A stretch of DNA of 52,659 bases, counting the filler, from Trypethelium eluteriae (lineage: Eukaryota): NCBI GenBank assembly GCA_051942245.1. It is 2 parts of 2 records of this genome, joined end to end, with 100 filler letters (N's around TTAATTAATTAA, not from the genome) between each part and the next. Parts side by side here need not be neighbours in the genome. Positions count along the whole stretch, not along the records: positions 26,391 to 52,659 come from JAVECL010000357.1; 1 more part is not named here. One strand, 5' to 3'. A program made the position numbers and the translations under genes. Each line of letters starts with the position of its first letter. Positions within the stretch are counted from its first letter, which is position 1. The notes under the pieces are model-generated. The model did no database searches. It was not told where the DNA came from and saw only the letters and a list, made by a program, of their open reading frames with translations. Shown here one piece after another: positions 26,291 through 38,511 of this stretch.

Positions 26291-26390
26291 NNNNNNNNNN
26301 NNNNNNNNNNNNNNNNNNNNNNNNNNNNNNNNNNTTAATTAATTAANNNNNNNNNNNNNNNNNNNNNNNNNNNNNNNNNNNNNNNNNNNN
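26291..26390. other. Artificial contig-join spacer (N-run with TTAATTAATTAA six-frame stop linker)
   Basis: 100-nt block of Ns containing ttaattaattaa at 26335-26346; the flanking segments are 26290 and 26269 nt long. Confidence 0.97.
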
Positions 26391-26536
26391 ATAGAGGGAA
26401 GGTTCAGCTTGTACAGGAGCTTATAATATCGAGGGCATTCTCACACTGTATATTAGTCAGCTAGTTCCCCACATGGGCCTGCGCTAGGCCTGACTGGGTG
26501 TAGGACATAATCAATCAATCAATCAATCAATCAATC
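26391..26536 (+). mobile_element. Possible 3' end of a non-LTR (LINE/SINE-like) element ending in (AATC)7
   Basis: Contig starts here; a stem-loop (ggcct-gcgct-aggcc; agtcag...ctgact) is followed by (AATC)7 at 26509-26536. Confidence 0.35.
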
Positions 26537-26903
26537 ATACCTGACGGCGTCCGGTAGAGCTTCGAGACTAGCTTGAGGCTTATGCTTTGGGGCATCCTTT
26601 GCGTGCAGTTGAGCGTCGAAACGAGTGGTTTCTGCTTCTGATTGGCCTTTGCATCAATCTATGGGGTTAGATTATTGAGGATCGATCGCCTTTCCGGTCT
26701 GCCAAACGTTTGCTTTTCTCGCCTACTAGCACTTCAAAATAGATGTTTACTTGAGCAGCGAAGACTCTTTGTGACGTGTTGAAGTGGCTTTTGATGGGGC
26801 TTTGACATCAATGGGGAGAGATTCGGGACCAAATGCATACTGCTAGGACATTGAAACAGCGCGGATAGTAGTCAACATGTATATTGTTGAGTAAGTTATT
26901 ATA

Positions 26904-26982
26904 CAGTCATGCGAAAAAAGTGTCCGCTCGCTGGCGCGAAAAAATTGCTGGGCGTTGCCCGGACATTTTGGTCCTAGTATTG
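26904..26982 (+). mobile_element. 79-bp Tc1/mariner-type micro-MITE, copy 1 (complete)
   Basis: TA-CAGTCATGCGAAAAAAGTGTCCG...CCGGACATTTTGGTCCTAGTATTG-TA; lies 18 bp past the TF stop codon. Confidence 0.85.
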
Positions 26983-27000
26983 TACAATAGCTAACAGCCA

Positions 27001-29815
27001 CTAGGTGTTGTCCTCCTGGTCTTGAAAGTTCAGAATAGCAGGATCCAGGTAGCTTAGATCATCCTCCAACAAGCCCATGATATGTTGATTCCCATTGAAC
27101 CAATTCTCCAAGTTCGCATTTGCACCGGCAGGCCCTTCCATGTCCAGTGATGGATCTTCCGCAAAGCCAAGCGCATGTAGGAACGTGTCCATCGGCGCCC
27201 ACGCCGGCATTGGGTTCGCCGTTGTTTGCTGATAGATTTCGGTGCTAGTGTAGTCTTGAGCAGTCGGAGGCGTTGTCTTCTGTGGCTCGATTCGCGCACT
27301 GCGAGCTTCTTGCTCCCTCGACTCAATGTACACCGTTGCAACATTGACAAAGACGGAGGCTAACCTGGAGACTTTGTGTGCGGAGTGCGACGTAGGGCAG
27401 TCGGACATGGACTCAGCAAAATCTTGCAATCGCTCGAGATCGGAGCGGTCGTGGGTCGTCAACACATGGCTAAAGAGCGTGGTGAATGGGACGAAAGGGG
27501 TGTTGAGGATGGTCCTGCATGGATGTCTGTCAATAATGGCTATTTCGACAACCATTTATTGCAGCGAGGATTTGTGGAGCTTACCAGTGCAGATACATGG
27601 CCCACATTTCAGTGTTATGCTTGAACTCAGCCCCACATCTTCTATGACAGTCCAGTGCGGCGCGAGCATACTTGACGCACTCGACAGCTGGGTCATAGGC
27701 TGATTTCGCAGATGCCGGTGTCGCGCGATAAACCATGCAAAGAAGGGCATAATAAGTAATCTCGTCTGCTCTGAAGAGTAACTCATTGGCGTCATACATG
27801 TAGTTGGTAGGAGTGAAATTGAGATCTTGAATGAGCAGTGAGATATCATCCTTTCTTGAGATTAGCGAGGTCACCTTGGCATACACTATCTTAGTCATGA
27901 CGCGATACTTACGTTTCTAGAGTTTTTTGGCCGTATCCCCTCAACATCTTGCAAAAGCTGTTGAACAGCCTGGAAACGAGCAGCGTCCGTCTGTTTCAAG
28001 GCGCCTGGTGAGTAAAGCTGCTGATATACAAGACCCATCACTCTAGCAGCATCAGCCCATAGACTTATCCGGCTTAATGAGGCGAGAGGGCCAGACTGGT
28101 CCCCACGAGGTAAGGGGAGATCAATGTCGTAGTCCTGGATCAATGAAGCCTGGCCCAACCGTAAAGATAGATTCTTGTCGATTATGTAGAGCATCCAAAA
28201 GATCACGTTCTTTTGCCGCTGCAGAGATTCGCTATCATTCTTCATAGAGGATGAACGGTGCCAGCCTAACGTTTGTACCATCATACAGCCATGGACTACG
28301 ATTTGCTTACAAAGCTATGAGATATTAGTGAGTATCTAGGAAATGAATCGTGTAAATCTCGTTGACAGAACGGGCGAACGTACTGAGGCTTGAGCTATCT
28401 CCATACAGTATTGTGCCTAGCGAACATTTAGCTGCACGGTGTAGGTATTGAGGGGTGGAGGGGATACTGACAGCCAATAAAAGGGCTTGAACACTCTTCA
28501 TATTTGCTGGAAGCAGTAAATCGAGGTTGGAGATACAAATCTCGAGATTTTTGCGACACAATTGTGCCCATTCATCGTATTGCTGCCGTAATGCGGGATC
28601 CTTCTCTGGCCATTTAAATTCTTGAAACAGGCTTTCAAGGCTCGCGTGAACGATTACCGCTGTCGAAGTAGGATAATCTTCGGTGCGAAAAAAGACAGTC
28701 TTACAAAGTTCGTTGAACTGGTCGCGTGTTACATATGCAAGAGGAGGGCTGAAGGTGAACATCGATCGTTCTGGTAACCTTTAGCAGAGACTCGGTCGAA
28801 GGTATTCTACCTTACCGCGGTCGGGGGAGTCCCCAATAGGTTATCCATAGAATGTTGTAAACAGGGGCCAGCATGGTCATAACAGTAAATTTGAGGCAAC
28901 ATTCTATTTGGTACCGGCTGGGGACCCCCCTGACCGCGGTCAGGTACTTGACTTACCCTTTGACTTGCGAAGAATATCCAAAACAATCTCTGTAGGCGGT
29001 AATTTGAGCTCATAGATTGGTTGTCTGGACGCACCCAGTCCTGTCAATTTGGGTTTCTTTTGTAAAGGCTCTGCCTTGTCTGCTTCCACTATCTGACGCA
29101 AAGACTTCATGGCGGCAACCATCTTGGGGTTGTCGCGTACATGCGAGTCATTACCAAGCGTTTGTACCAGATGGTCTTGAGCAACAATGGAGTGGGCATG
29201 TAGCGAAGAGTCACCTTCAAACTCAACGCTTTCTGGATCGACAATCGAGATACCAGGCAATCCAGTCAAATCCGATCGACTATGTGGCACGACTGGATTC
29301 TGATGAGGCGCAGGGATATTGGCAGAATTAGGCTTGCCCAGCCCATGAGCAGTATATGCATTATCGGCCGTCTTAGGCTTGATGACAGCCAGAGAGTTCC
29401 CACTTTGAGGGTAGTCAGTGCATGCTTGTGAGCTTTAAAGCACACCTTCTTTCAATACAATTACAGTACTAGGATGAAAGCGTTCGGGTAACCCCTAGCG
29501 ATTTTGCGGCACCATCGAACGGACAATTTCTTCCTACAACTGTATGTGTATCGGTTGCACATACCTTTGCCTCGATGTCAGGTCTGTCTTCCGCGCGCCT
29601 CTCGGTCGCCTTGAGCTTGTAGTGCATTCGAATCCGGACGATCTACAGGAAGCACAAGGCGATTCCCTATCACAACGGATCTCGACCTTGTCAATTGTGC
29701 TGTCCTGAGCTACTGAGCAAGGCAATCTACCTTGCGTATCCGGCAGGTATCGCACTAGTAATGGCCTTAGCTATTACACTGTCACAGCAATTGCCTTCAC
29801 ACATACAGCTGGCAT
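27001..29815 (-). CDS. Zn(II)2Cys6 transcription factor with fungal_trans domain, many introns
   Basis: Spliced N-terminus reads ACDTCRIRK|IRCDRESPCASCRSSGFEC. Also FEGDSSL.AHS, LGWHR...FWMLYIIDKNLSLRLG..S.IQDYDI and YLHW..L.TPFVPF..LF.HV. Start and some internal junctions are uncertain. Confidence 0.85.
29464..29542 (-). mobile_element. 79-bp micro-MITE, copy 2 (complete, diverged), inside TF intron 29403-29564
   Basis: TA-CAGTACTAGGATGAAAGCGTTCGGG...CGGACAATTTCTTCCTACAACTG-TA; same length as copy 1. Confidence 0.8.
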
Positions 29816-29894
29816 CTTCGTTTGCAATCTCCGAACAAAGCAGAATCCGTGTCTATGATGGAGTGCAATACAAGTTATTCGACCATGCTTGGGT

Positions 29895-29963
29895 TGTCCG
29901 CTCGCTGGTGCGGGAAAATTGCTGGGGGTTGCCCTGCCCGAACACTTTTTTGTCCTAGTACTG
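29895..29963 (+). mobile_element. Micro-MITE, copy 3 (5'-truncated), in the TF/ABC divergent promoter
   Basis: TGTCCGCTCGCTGGTGCGGGAAAATTGCTGGGGGTTGCCC...TTTTGTCCTAGTACTG-TA. Confidence 0.8.
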
Positions 29964-30273
29964 TACCAAGCCACCAAGCCTCGATTCATGGAGAGAATGA
30001 CGTGCATGATACAGCGCACAGACTTGGCCGGCGAATCGAATCATAGACATAGCCTCGGATTTTCGAAACCAGTTGCAGCAGTAGTTTCGCGGTTTCCACG
30101 GGCTTTTTGCTTGTACGTTCAATCCTCCAGAATGCGACTTCTCATTCAAAGTCGCACTACCATGCGTGGGACTGGTTCCAGCTATATATGTACCTTCGCC
30201 GTACCACACCTGCGAGAGTGTCTTTCGATGGTATCTTCCTGTCCTGTATTGCATCAATATCTCGTCGAAAAGC

Positions 30274-33200
30274 ATGGCCTCAGGTGAAGGTACGAAAGAT
30301 GTCGATCTGGACGTTGCGAACAACAAGACCAAAGATGGCGATAAAGACAAAGATGAGGCTGGCTGGTCAAGCTACAGGCGAATCTTCGCCTATACCGACA
30401 GGACTGGATGGATTCTGAACTTCATCGCCTTCATCGCCGCGATAGTCTCAGGAGCACTTCTCCCATTGATGGATCTAGTCTTCGGCAAGACTGTCACTAC
30501 CTTCACTGACTTCGGCACCGGAAGGATCTCACCGGACGAGTTTCGCTCACAATCGACATCCTGGACATTGTGGTTCATCTACCTCTTCGTTGGCAAATTT
30601 TGCTTGACGTACATCTGGACAGTAGCGCTGAACATTTCGGCTTTACGGACGACCAAGAGTTTGCGCATCGACTTCTTGCGTCAAGCTTTACGCCAAGACA
30701 TTGCTTTCTTTGACCAGTCGAGCAACGGTGCCATCGCTATTCAGATAACAACCAATGGGAACCTGGTGAACGTCGGCATTGCTGAAAAGCTCGGTCTTGC
30801 TGTTCAAGGATTGGCAACCTTTGTTGCAGCATTTGCAGTGGTATGTTCAATCATTAAATCTTTTGCTCGTATCATCTGGTCTACCTGAGGGGCACCCCAT
30901 GGTATTATCTCCGACTAATTGTAGTCAGGCCTTCGCTGTCCAATGGAAATTAACACTGATCACCCTCAGCATTGTACCGACGATTATAGTTGTCGTGGCA
31001 ATCTGTGTTGGTATTGAGATGAAGAACGAAGCAAAGATCCTGGATATTTATGGCAGAGCCGGCGCGCTTGCCGAAGATGTCTTCTCCAGCATGCGAAACG
31101 TGCATGCATTCTGGGCTCATCCTCGCTTGGCCGGCAGGTATGATGATCTCCTTCTCAAAGCTCGGCACGAGGGTCGCGTAAAGCGACCTAACTATGGGGC
31201 ACTGTTCTCAACCGAATTCTTTTGCGTTAACGCTGGCTACGGCTTGGCGTTCTGGCAAGGCATCCATATGTACACCAGTGGCGAAATCGCATCTTCTGGC
31301 TCTGTCGTTACCGTGATCTTTGCTGTCATCGTTGCTGCGACAGCCCTCACCCAAATTGCACCACAGACCATGGCCGTCACCCAGGCAGCCTCAGCGGCGC
31401 ATGATCTCTTCAAGATCATTGATAGGCAGTCGCAAGATGACTCAATGTCTACAGCCGGCCACATTCCGGCTCACTGCGAGGGTGAGCTTGAGCTTCGGAA
31501 CCTGGAGTTTCACTATCCGTCACGACCAGATGCACCTATCCTACAAGGGACCAATTTGAAGTTGCCGGCTGGCAAGACCACGGCTCTTGTTGGGGCCTCA
31601 GGATCTGGCAAAAGCACTGTGATTGGCATGATTGAACGCTGGTATAAGCCAAGCACAGGCAGCATCACACTGGATGGGACCGACCTAAGCCAATTAAACA
31701 TTAAATGGCTTCGCACTAATATCCGGCTCGTGCAGCAGGAGCCTGTTCTGTTTAACGGCACGGTATTTGACAATGTCTCATACGGACTCGTCGGGACAGA
31801 CTATATCAATGCGTCCAAGGCAGAAAAATTAAAGCTCGTAGAAGAGGCTTGCCGAGCCGCCTTCGCCCATGATTTCATCTCGGATCTTCCTGAAGGTTAT
31901 GACACCCAGGTTGGTGAACGTGCGGGGAGATTATCTGGAGGACAGAAGCAGCGCATTGCAATCGCACGTAGTATCATCTCCGATCCTACAGTTCTTCTTC
32001 TAGACGAGGCTACGAGCGCACTGGATCCGAAGGCTGAGAAGATTGTCCAGGAGGCACTTGATAAGGTGTCAAAAGCACGCACAACCTTGATCATCGCACA
32101 CAAGCTCTCCACCGTGCGCAAGGCTGACAATATCGCTGTCATGTCAAAAGGAGTCATTCTCGAGCAAGGAACGCATGAAGAGTTAGTTGCAAAAGGCGGA
32201 GAGTATGCCCGGTTAGTCAGAGCGCAAGATCTTCAGCGGAAGACAGAAGGCGAAAATGCCGACGTCGATCACCAGAGTGACGAAGAGAAGAGACCCGAAC
32301 TCCTACGGCTCAAGACGACAAACACGAATGCTACTACGGACGAGGTGGTAGAGGGCACAGAGATGAAAGGCTTCAATTACAGCCTACCTAAATGTCTCTG
32401 GATCCTTGGAAGGCAGCAACCTAATCTTTGGCCCTGGTTCCTTCTCGTTGCTACTATAGCCGTCCTTGGTGGCGGCGTCAACCCGACAGTAGCTGTACTC
32501 TTTGCCCGTGCTATCACCGCCTTCCAATTGCCACCCGATCAGGCCATTGATCAAGGCAACTTTTGGGCTTTGATACTCTTCGTGGTTGCGATAGTAATAT
32601 TCTTCATCTACTTTTCGCTAGGCTGGTCCACTGCTGTCGTCAGTCAAGAAACGACCTACTTCTACAGACTACAGATGTTCAAAGACATCATGAACCAAGA
32701 CATGGACTTCTTCGATCGGGAGGAAAACACCACAGGTGCACTTGTATCGAAGCTATCAACGGATCCCACTGATCTCCAGGAGTTGATCGGGTTCAACGTT
32801 GCGCTGATCATGACGATAACAGTCAACATTGTCGCGAGCAGTATCCTAGCCATTGCTATTGGCTGGAAGCTAGGTCTGACGATTACCTTGTCGGCTTTGC
32901 CCGTCATGGTCTCGTTTGGATACGTTCGCATTCGTTTGCAGTTGTGAGTATTTCTCGAACCTAGATGTTAGTTGCCATAACTAACTTTCAGCACAGCAAA
33001 CTTGAAGACCAAGTCGGCAACAGATTTTCCTCAAGCGCTGCTCTTGCATCCGAAGCAGTAGCCGCTATACGCACTGTAGCTTCTCTCGCGCTCGAGTCAA
33101 ACGTACTGGAACGCTACGAGAAACGACTTCAAGGCATCGAGAAGCGGTCGATCAAGAGCTTTCTCTGGACGATGATCTGGTTTAGTGCAAGTCAATCGGT

Positions 33201-34215
33201 CAATTTCCTGGCCATGGCTCTTGGCTTCTGGTATGGCTCTCGCTTGCTGAGTACCGGTGAATACGAGTCCACTCAGTTCTTCACTGTGTTCATCTGCGTC
33301 ATCTTCTCAGGCGAGGGGGCAGCGCAGTTCTTCTCGTACACGACTAGCTTTACGAAGGCGCAAAAGGCGGCAAATTATCTGCTCTGGCTTCATTCCGTCG
33401 AGCCAAAGATGCGAGAGCAGATCTCACCGGGTACCCCTCATACTGAAAAGGGCGACGGAGGCGAAGGACATGCTGCGGAAGTCAAGTGCACCGATCTGAA
33501 ATTCTCCTACCCGCTTCGCCCGCAATATAGAGTTCTTCGGGGTGTTAGTGTCAAGGCTGACCCAGGCCAGAGTCTTGCATTTGTCGGAGCATCGGGTTGC
33601 GGCAAGACAACTATGATTGCTCTGCTTGAGCGATTCTATGACCCAGACTCTGGCATGATTTGTTTTAACGATCGAGACATCAAGGATCTTGACCCCCGAC
33701 GATATCGCTCGAACATTGCATTGGTTCAACAGGAACCCACGCTTTACCAAGGTAGCATCCGTGACAACGTCGCTCTGGGCAAGGAGCAGACAGCATCGAA
33801 CGAGGAGATCGAAGCCGCTTGCAGGAAAGCAAACATCTTCGACTTTGTTACGTCGTTGCCCGAAGGACTCAATACCTTAGTGGGCAATCGCGGTACACAA
33901 CTTTCCGGCGGGCAACGACAGCGCATAGCGATCGCGCGCGCTTTGATTCGACGGCCCAAGCTACTACTGCTAGACGAAGCAACATCTGCACTTGATACCG
34001 AAAGCGAGAGACTCGTACAGGCTGCGCTAGAAGAGACAAGAGAGGGATGCACCACAATTGCCGTTGCTCATCGACTTAGTACAGTGAGGGATTGCGACTG
34101 CATCTTCGTCTTTAATGGTGGCAGTATTGCTGAAGCAGGTACTCATTCGCAGCTTCTGGATAGGAAAGGCATATACCATGAGATGTGCCTCGGCCAAGCT
34201 TTGGACCAAGCTTGA
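30274..34215 (+). CDS. Full-length ABCB (MDR/P-glycoprotein, Pmd1-like) exporter; exons 30274-30840, 30929-32943, 32997-34215
   Basis: (TMD-NBD)2 layout; Walker A GASGSGKST and GASGCGKTT; LSGGQKQR and LSGGQRQR signatures; LLLDEATSALD twice. Confidence 0.96.
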
Positions 34216-34319
34216 AGATGAAAAGCCTGGTAGAGTCTGCAGACGTAATGACTTTGGACAATAGACCGCTTATGTAATCACAATACTGAAATTTACTCCT
34301 CGCTCAACCAAGCTTTCTA

Positions 34320-34392
34320 CAGTCATTCGAAAGAAGTGTCCGCTCGCTGACGCGGGACAATTGCTGGGGGTTGCCCGCATACTTTCGTATTA
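34320..34392 (+). mobile_element. Micro-MITE, copy 4 (3' end degenerate), between the convergent ABC and SDR genes
   Basis: TA-CAGTCATTCGAAAGAAGTGTCCGCTCGCTGACGCGGGACAATTGCTGGGGGTTGCCCG... Confidence 0.8.
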
Positions 34393-34622
34393 AGCCGACC
34401 TGTCAACAACTCCAGAGAATCGAGCAGACGAACAGCTATGCAGTGATCAAAGCTGTAACCTAAGACTAAAAAATTTTGTTTCTGAACTCCAGTAAATTCG
34501 CCGTGCTTTTTCCTCGAAATTATTGGTGGAGGGCCGCCCGGCAAAACTAGTCTGAAATGTCCATGACCGCGTAGATACCCGGCTTCATTGTTGCCGCGTC
34601 TCCGCTGTCAACAGCCCCCAGG

Positions 34623-35618
34623 TTACAAATATGGCGCAAGAACCTCTTGCGTATGGTCCCAAATCTTTCCCTGTGCCTTCTCTCGAAGTATAGGCATGAC
34701 CTTCGCACTGAGTGTACATTCGCACTTGTCATTGACGAGGAACAGTCCATCAGCCTGCTTTCCCAGCGAGTTCGTGCCTGGCTCACCCTTCCAGGATACA
34801 CCACGACCGCCAAAAGCAGAGCTGGTACATTGAAACAAATATCGCTGTCCAGACTCCTCGCTGCTGAAGCAGAATGGAGAAATAAGCGGCTCAAGGGCCA
34901 GCCGGAGTAGCCAGGCCGTGATCGAATTCGGATCCGGACCTCTTCGCATATTTCCTGTATTAACCCATCCGGGAAAGGAGTGGATAAAAGTCACGGTTGG
35001 GTTTTCGTCGGCCAGCTTCTCCAGAGTCGTCGTGTTCATAGTCGCATATTGCACCTGGGCCTTGAAGCCGCCGAAGTTCCCAGGCCTCTTCAGATCTATG
35101 TCGTCCAAGTCGATTGTCGTTGCCTCCTTCCCACCTGCCGAAACGCTGATGACCTTGGGGGCTTCTGCGTCTTGCAAGAGGGGGAGGAGATGCAGAGTGA
35201 ACAGCATCCTTGAGTAGTACTCTAGGCTTCCAGCGATTTCTAAGCCCTCAGCGGTCTCCTTGCGTGTACCGAATGGCGCGTATCCCGCCGTGAGGAACAG
35301 CAAGTTGACGTGTGATTCCCTACTTTTGATAAACTCGCATATTCTCTTTGTTTCCGCGAGGAGCGAAACTTCGCCTTCGGTCCAAATGAGTTCCGCTTTG
35401 GGATTAATGGTGGACAACTCCTGCGTGAACGCATTTATAGGCTCCTTGGAACCTTTTCGCCCAACGAGATAAATCCTCACACGCACACCCGTAGCGACTA
35501 GGGCTTTGATCGTGAATTTCCCGACGCCTGACGTACCACCAACGAAGACGGCGACACTTGGGGACGTTACATCGTCAATGAGCGCGTTAGAAGCTTTTAT
35601 CTCTTCAAAGGACACCAT
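34623..35618 (-). CDS. Short-chain dehydrogenase/reductase (andH-like fungal subgroup), intronless
   Basis: AVFVGGTSGVG Rossmann motif, YLVGR, VSLL.E..R.C, LFLTAG, ET.EGL, YYSRM.F..LLPLL and FIHSFPGWV.T. Confidence 0.9.
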   Translation of the reverse strand: MVSFEEIKASNALIDDVTSPSVAVFVGGTSGVGKFTIKALVATGVRVRIYLVGRKGSKEPINAFTQELSTINPKAELIWTEGEVSLLAETKRICEFIKSRESHVNLLFLTAGYAPFGTRKETAEGLEIAGSLEYYSRMLFTLHLLPLLQDAEAPKVISVSAGGKEATTIDLDDIDLKRPGNFGGFKAQVQYATMNTTTLEKLADENPTVTFIHSFPGWVNTGNMRRGPDPNSITAWLLRLALEPLISPFCFSSEESGQRYLFQCTSSAFGGRGVSWKGEPGTNSLGKQADGLFLVNDKCECTLSAKVMPILREKAQGKIWDHTQEVLAPYL

Positions 35619-37068
35619 TGCAAGTGGCGCAGAAGGTCAGCTCGTAGATTTCAATTGTAGATAGACATAATGATGAAAGACCAGTCCTAAATTTCACCGT
35701 ATTCCCATCAAACAAGAGCTCCTGGTAGGTTCTATGTGAGCACGTGAACACTGCTGGTGACTCACATCACAGAAAGAGGGCGATGCTCATGAGTCCTAGA
35801 AGGATTAGGACCTTAGCATGCGCTAAAACGAATGCACGTAGATCGTAGCCCAACAGTGGACGTATTCGTGTGGTAGGCTAGAGCCAGCAAGAAGCTAAGA
35901 GCTAGGAAGTGTCTAGCGTGCACGGGCCATTAGGCCACACTGCTACGACTGCCCACGTGTATCTACAGTCTGGGCCTTGCTGAGATCGGAATTCTTGTTC
36001 TATAGTTCTTACTCTTCTGTAAATTTCCGGCCGCTAACTTCATGATCTACTAATAGATTTACAGAACACTAGTAAGTGAGTGACTTTATATCTCTACAGA
36101 TATGAGGGCATAGGTTCAGTTCTTGAAGATCTCCCCGTAAGTCCAGCATGACTTGCGACGACCTCTTTAGAATCAACATGGGCATCGTGCGCAACTAAGC
36201 CAAAGGCGTGGCCTGAAACTACTCCTAATTCTACATCCTTGTTATCTCGAACCCCTTCAACTCCGCCGTCCCCATTGTTGCCGAGGTCCTCGTGATGAGG
36301 GCGTGATCGATGTGAAGAAGTCGTTGGGAGTCACGGCCTTGGATGTCGTGAGGGCGAATGGTTTGTCTAGGGGATTTGGGGGGAGAGGGATCTCGCGAAG
36401 ATGGCCATCCCGTTAACTGGGGGGTACTCGGGGGAGACGGTTGTGCCGCTGTTCTCGCTTGCGAAGCCGCCTGTCAACATCCCCGCCAACAAGCTTGATG
36501 CTCCTATCAACAGTAAGTCTCCCTCCTTAGCAAGCGTGTAATCGATTGAGAGGAGGGGGAAAAAGCTGATGAGATGTTGGACGCGAAGTTGCACGTTTGA
36601 TATACTTGTATGAGATGAGAATGGAAGAAAGCCTGGCAATGCAACATTGAGTATGTAGACTTCATATAATAATAGAACTCAGACCATTCGATGACGTGTG
36701 CGGATTCCCAACTTACCCTTTCTGATTCCTGCAAATATCGCATCTTTCCGAGTACTGGAATACTTGGCCTCGGTCTGTACCGGCAATATTGGAAGACTTT
36801 GTCCAAAGGGATCCGCGCGAACCTCGTAGAGTAGGTAGGTAGTTTGGGAGGCTGCTTCTTCCTTGATTGACGGGCGAGCAAGTTCCCAGAGCGCAGCGAG
36901 GGCTCGCTTAACTGGTTCTTTAAGTCGAATTTTGCGCTTGTGCTCACCAAATTGCATCTTTCAAGCTGATAGGTCGGTAGCGGAGGAAAGAGACATATTC
37001 TGTTTTTGCGCTCCTACTGACGTGAGGAAATGCACTTCGTGAGACCACCAATTTATGACCTAAGCCGC

Positions 37069-38511
37069 TCAATCCTCTGTCGCAATCGCGAACGTGGGTA
37101 CGACGTCGTCGTCGCCTTTGATAGACGATGGATGTCGCTCATTGATGGCGTCCTGAGATTTTGTTTGCTCAATGGCTCTCAATGCACACGCATCAAGATG
37201 GTCGTAAAGTTCCTGGGCATTGACAAATATACAGTTACAGATAGAGCATGTTCCTGGGTTTGCACTCCTTTGGTACTGCTTTATAAATTGAGGAGGTGGT
37301 TCGCGACGGAAATATGTAGGCACTTGTTCGACCCCGTGCACAGAGGTCGAGTGTCTCTTAAGAACGTCGATACGATTGTACCGCTTTCCCGCAGCAGAGC
37401 CAACACCAGAACAGAAGTCGCACAGTATGGTGCCTTTATAATGCATGAGTGTGTGCCTTTCGCGATCGTGTTTTCGAGCAAACCCTTTGGTATGATATTC
37501 GCATGTGGGTATAGGGCATTTCTCTGGTCGTTCCGGGTGATATCTGACCTTATGTGCTGTTAGATCTTCATACCACATGCGGCATCCAGGAAGCGGACAA
37601 CGGCACAAGTTATTCGAGCGGTACACGCAGTCGTGGCCTGCTTTCTCACAATTTCTGCAAGGACTTCGGCTATCGCACACGAGTAAGTCTTCTCGGCACT
37701 GCAAGCAAGCTCCCACTTTGCGCTTGTATTCGGCCTCCATGCGTTGCAAAGGTGTTAGTTGAGTTTTCTTGTCCGAGCCTGTATTGGCGCCTGTGGAAGA
37801 ACCCTCTTCGTCGTTTCCTTCTTCCATCTCACTCACTGTAGATAACATGTGATCATCTCCTTCCATACCGCTTCCGCCCGATCCGCCCCTACCTTTCTCT
37901 TTTACACGCTCTGTTTGCACCGTTCCGCTTTCTGCGCGACTGTCAGACCTACCAGATCGCAATCCACTCTTTTGTGCTCCGACTAAGACGTCACCGCTCG
38001 GATCGAGCTTAATTGTTCGGCCCTCCATATTGCCCAAAAGGTCGATGTGGCAATCTTTTGCAAAATCCACGGGAATACTCGGCAACTCTCCTGTTTCTTG
38101 AAGATGTGACATACTCTGGCATCGATAGAAAAATAAAAGTGGATCTCCACCTTACTTTTGTTGCTGCTTAATAACTTTTGGAGGAACGTACCGCATTAAA
38201 TGCTGTCTCTCCTCCGTAGTTGCATAATGAGCTTTGAATAAAGCATATTGATTTATGTGTTGCTTCTGTTGTCCGGTCAAAAAGATTGGTCGATTGCTCT
38301 CAATGTTATGGTGATTCGACGAGAACATGCCGTCATCCATAATTGGCATGCTTGGATTAACTGAGTGATAAGAGAGGTAGCTCCCACCAGGGTATGCTGT
38401 TCCAAGGCTTGGATTAGATGTTAGAGGATGCCAAGCGGCATCGTTTGAATTGAGACTCGTCGGATGAAACGTTTGACTTAGCGAAGGATATATGGCTTTG
38501 AAGGAGGGCAA
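37069..38511 (-). pseudogene. Degenerate 3' extension of the mosaic gene: Med15-like piece, Zn2Cys6 and a C2H2 cluster (ORF 37069-38112 could also be expressed separately)
   Basis: ORFs 38152-38511 and 37069-38112 are in the same frame, separated by a single TAA (QQQK*GGDPLLFFYRCQSM). They are out of frame with the upstream exon. Contains GACLQCREDLLVCDSRSPCRNCEKAGHDC and ERPEKCPIPTCEYHTKGFARKHDRERHTL.HYKGT..C.FC.G.GSAA.K..NR.DV.KRH. Confidence 0.65.

Noticed and set aside
30166..30273. Longer N-terminus of the ABC transporter as given by the ORF track
   Set aside because: That ORF starts at GTG; the first ATG (30274, MASGEGTKD) gives a normal ABCB N-terminus.
36367..36957. ORFs 36367-36639, 36507-36950 and 36679-36957 as genes or further mosaic modules
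   Set aside because: No recognisable motifs, overlapping frames, and several stops separate them from 37069.
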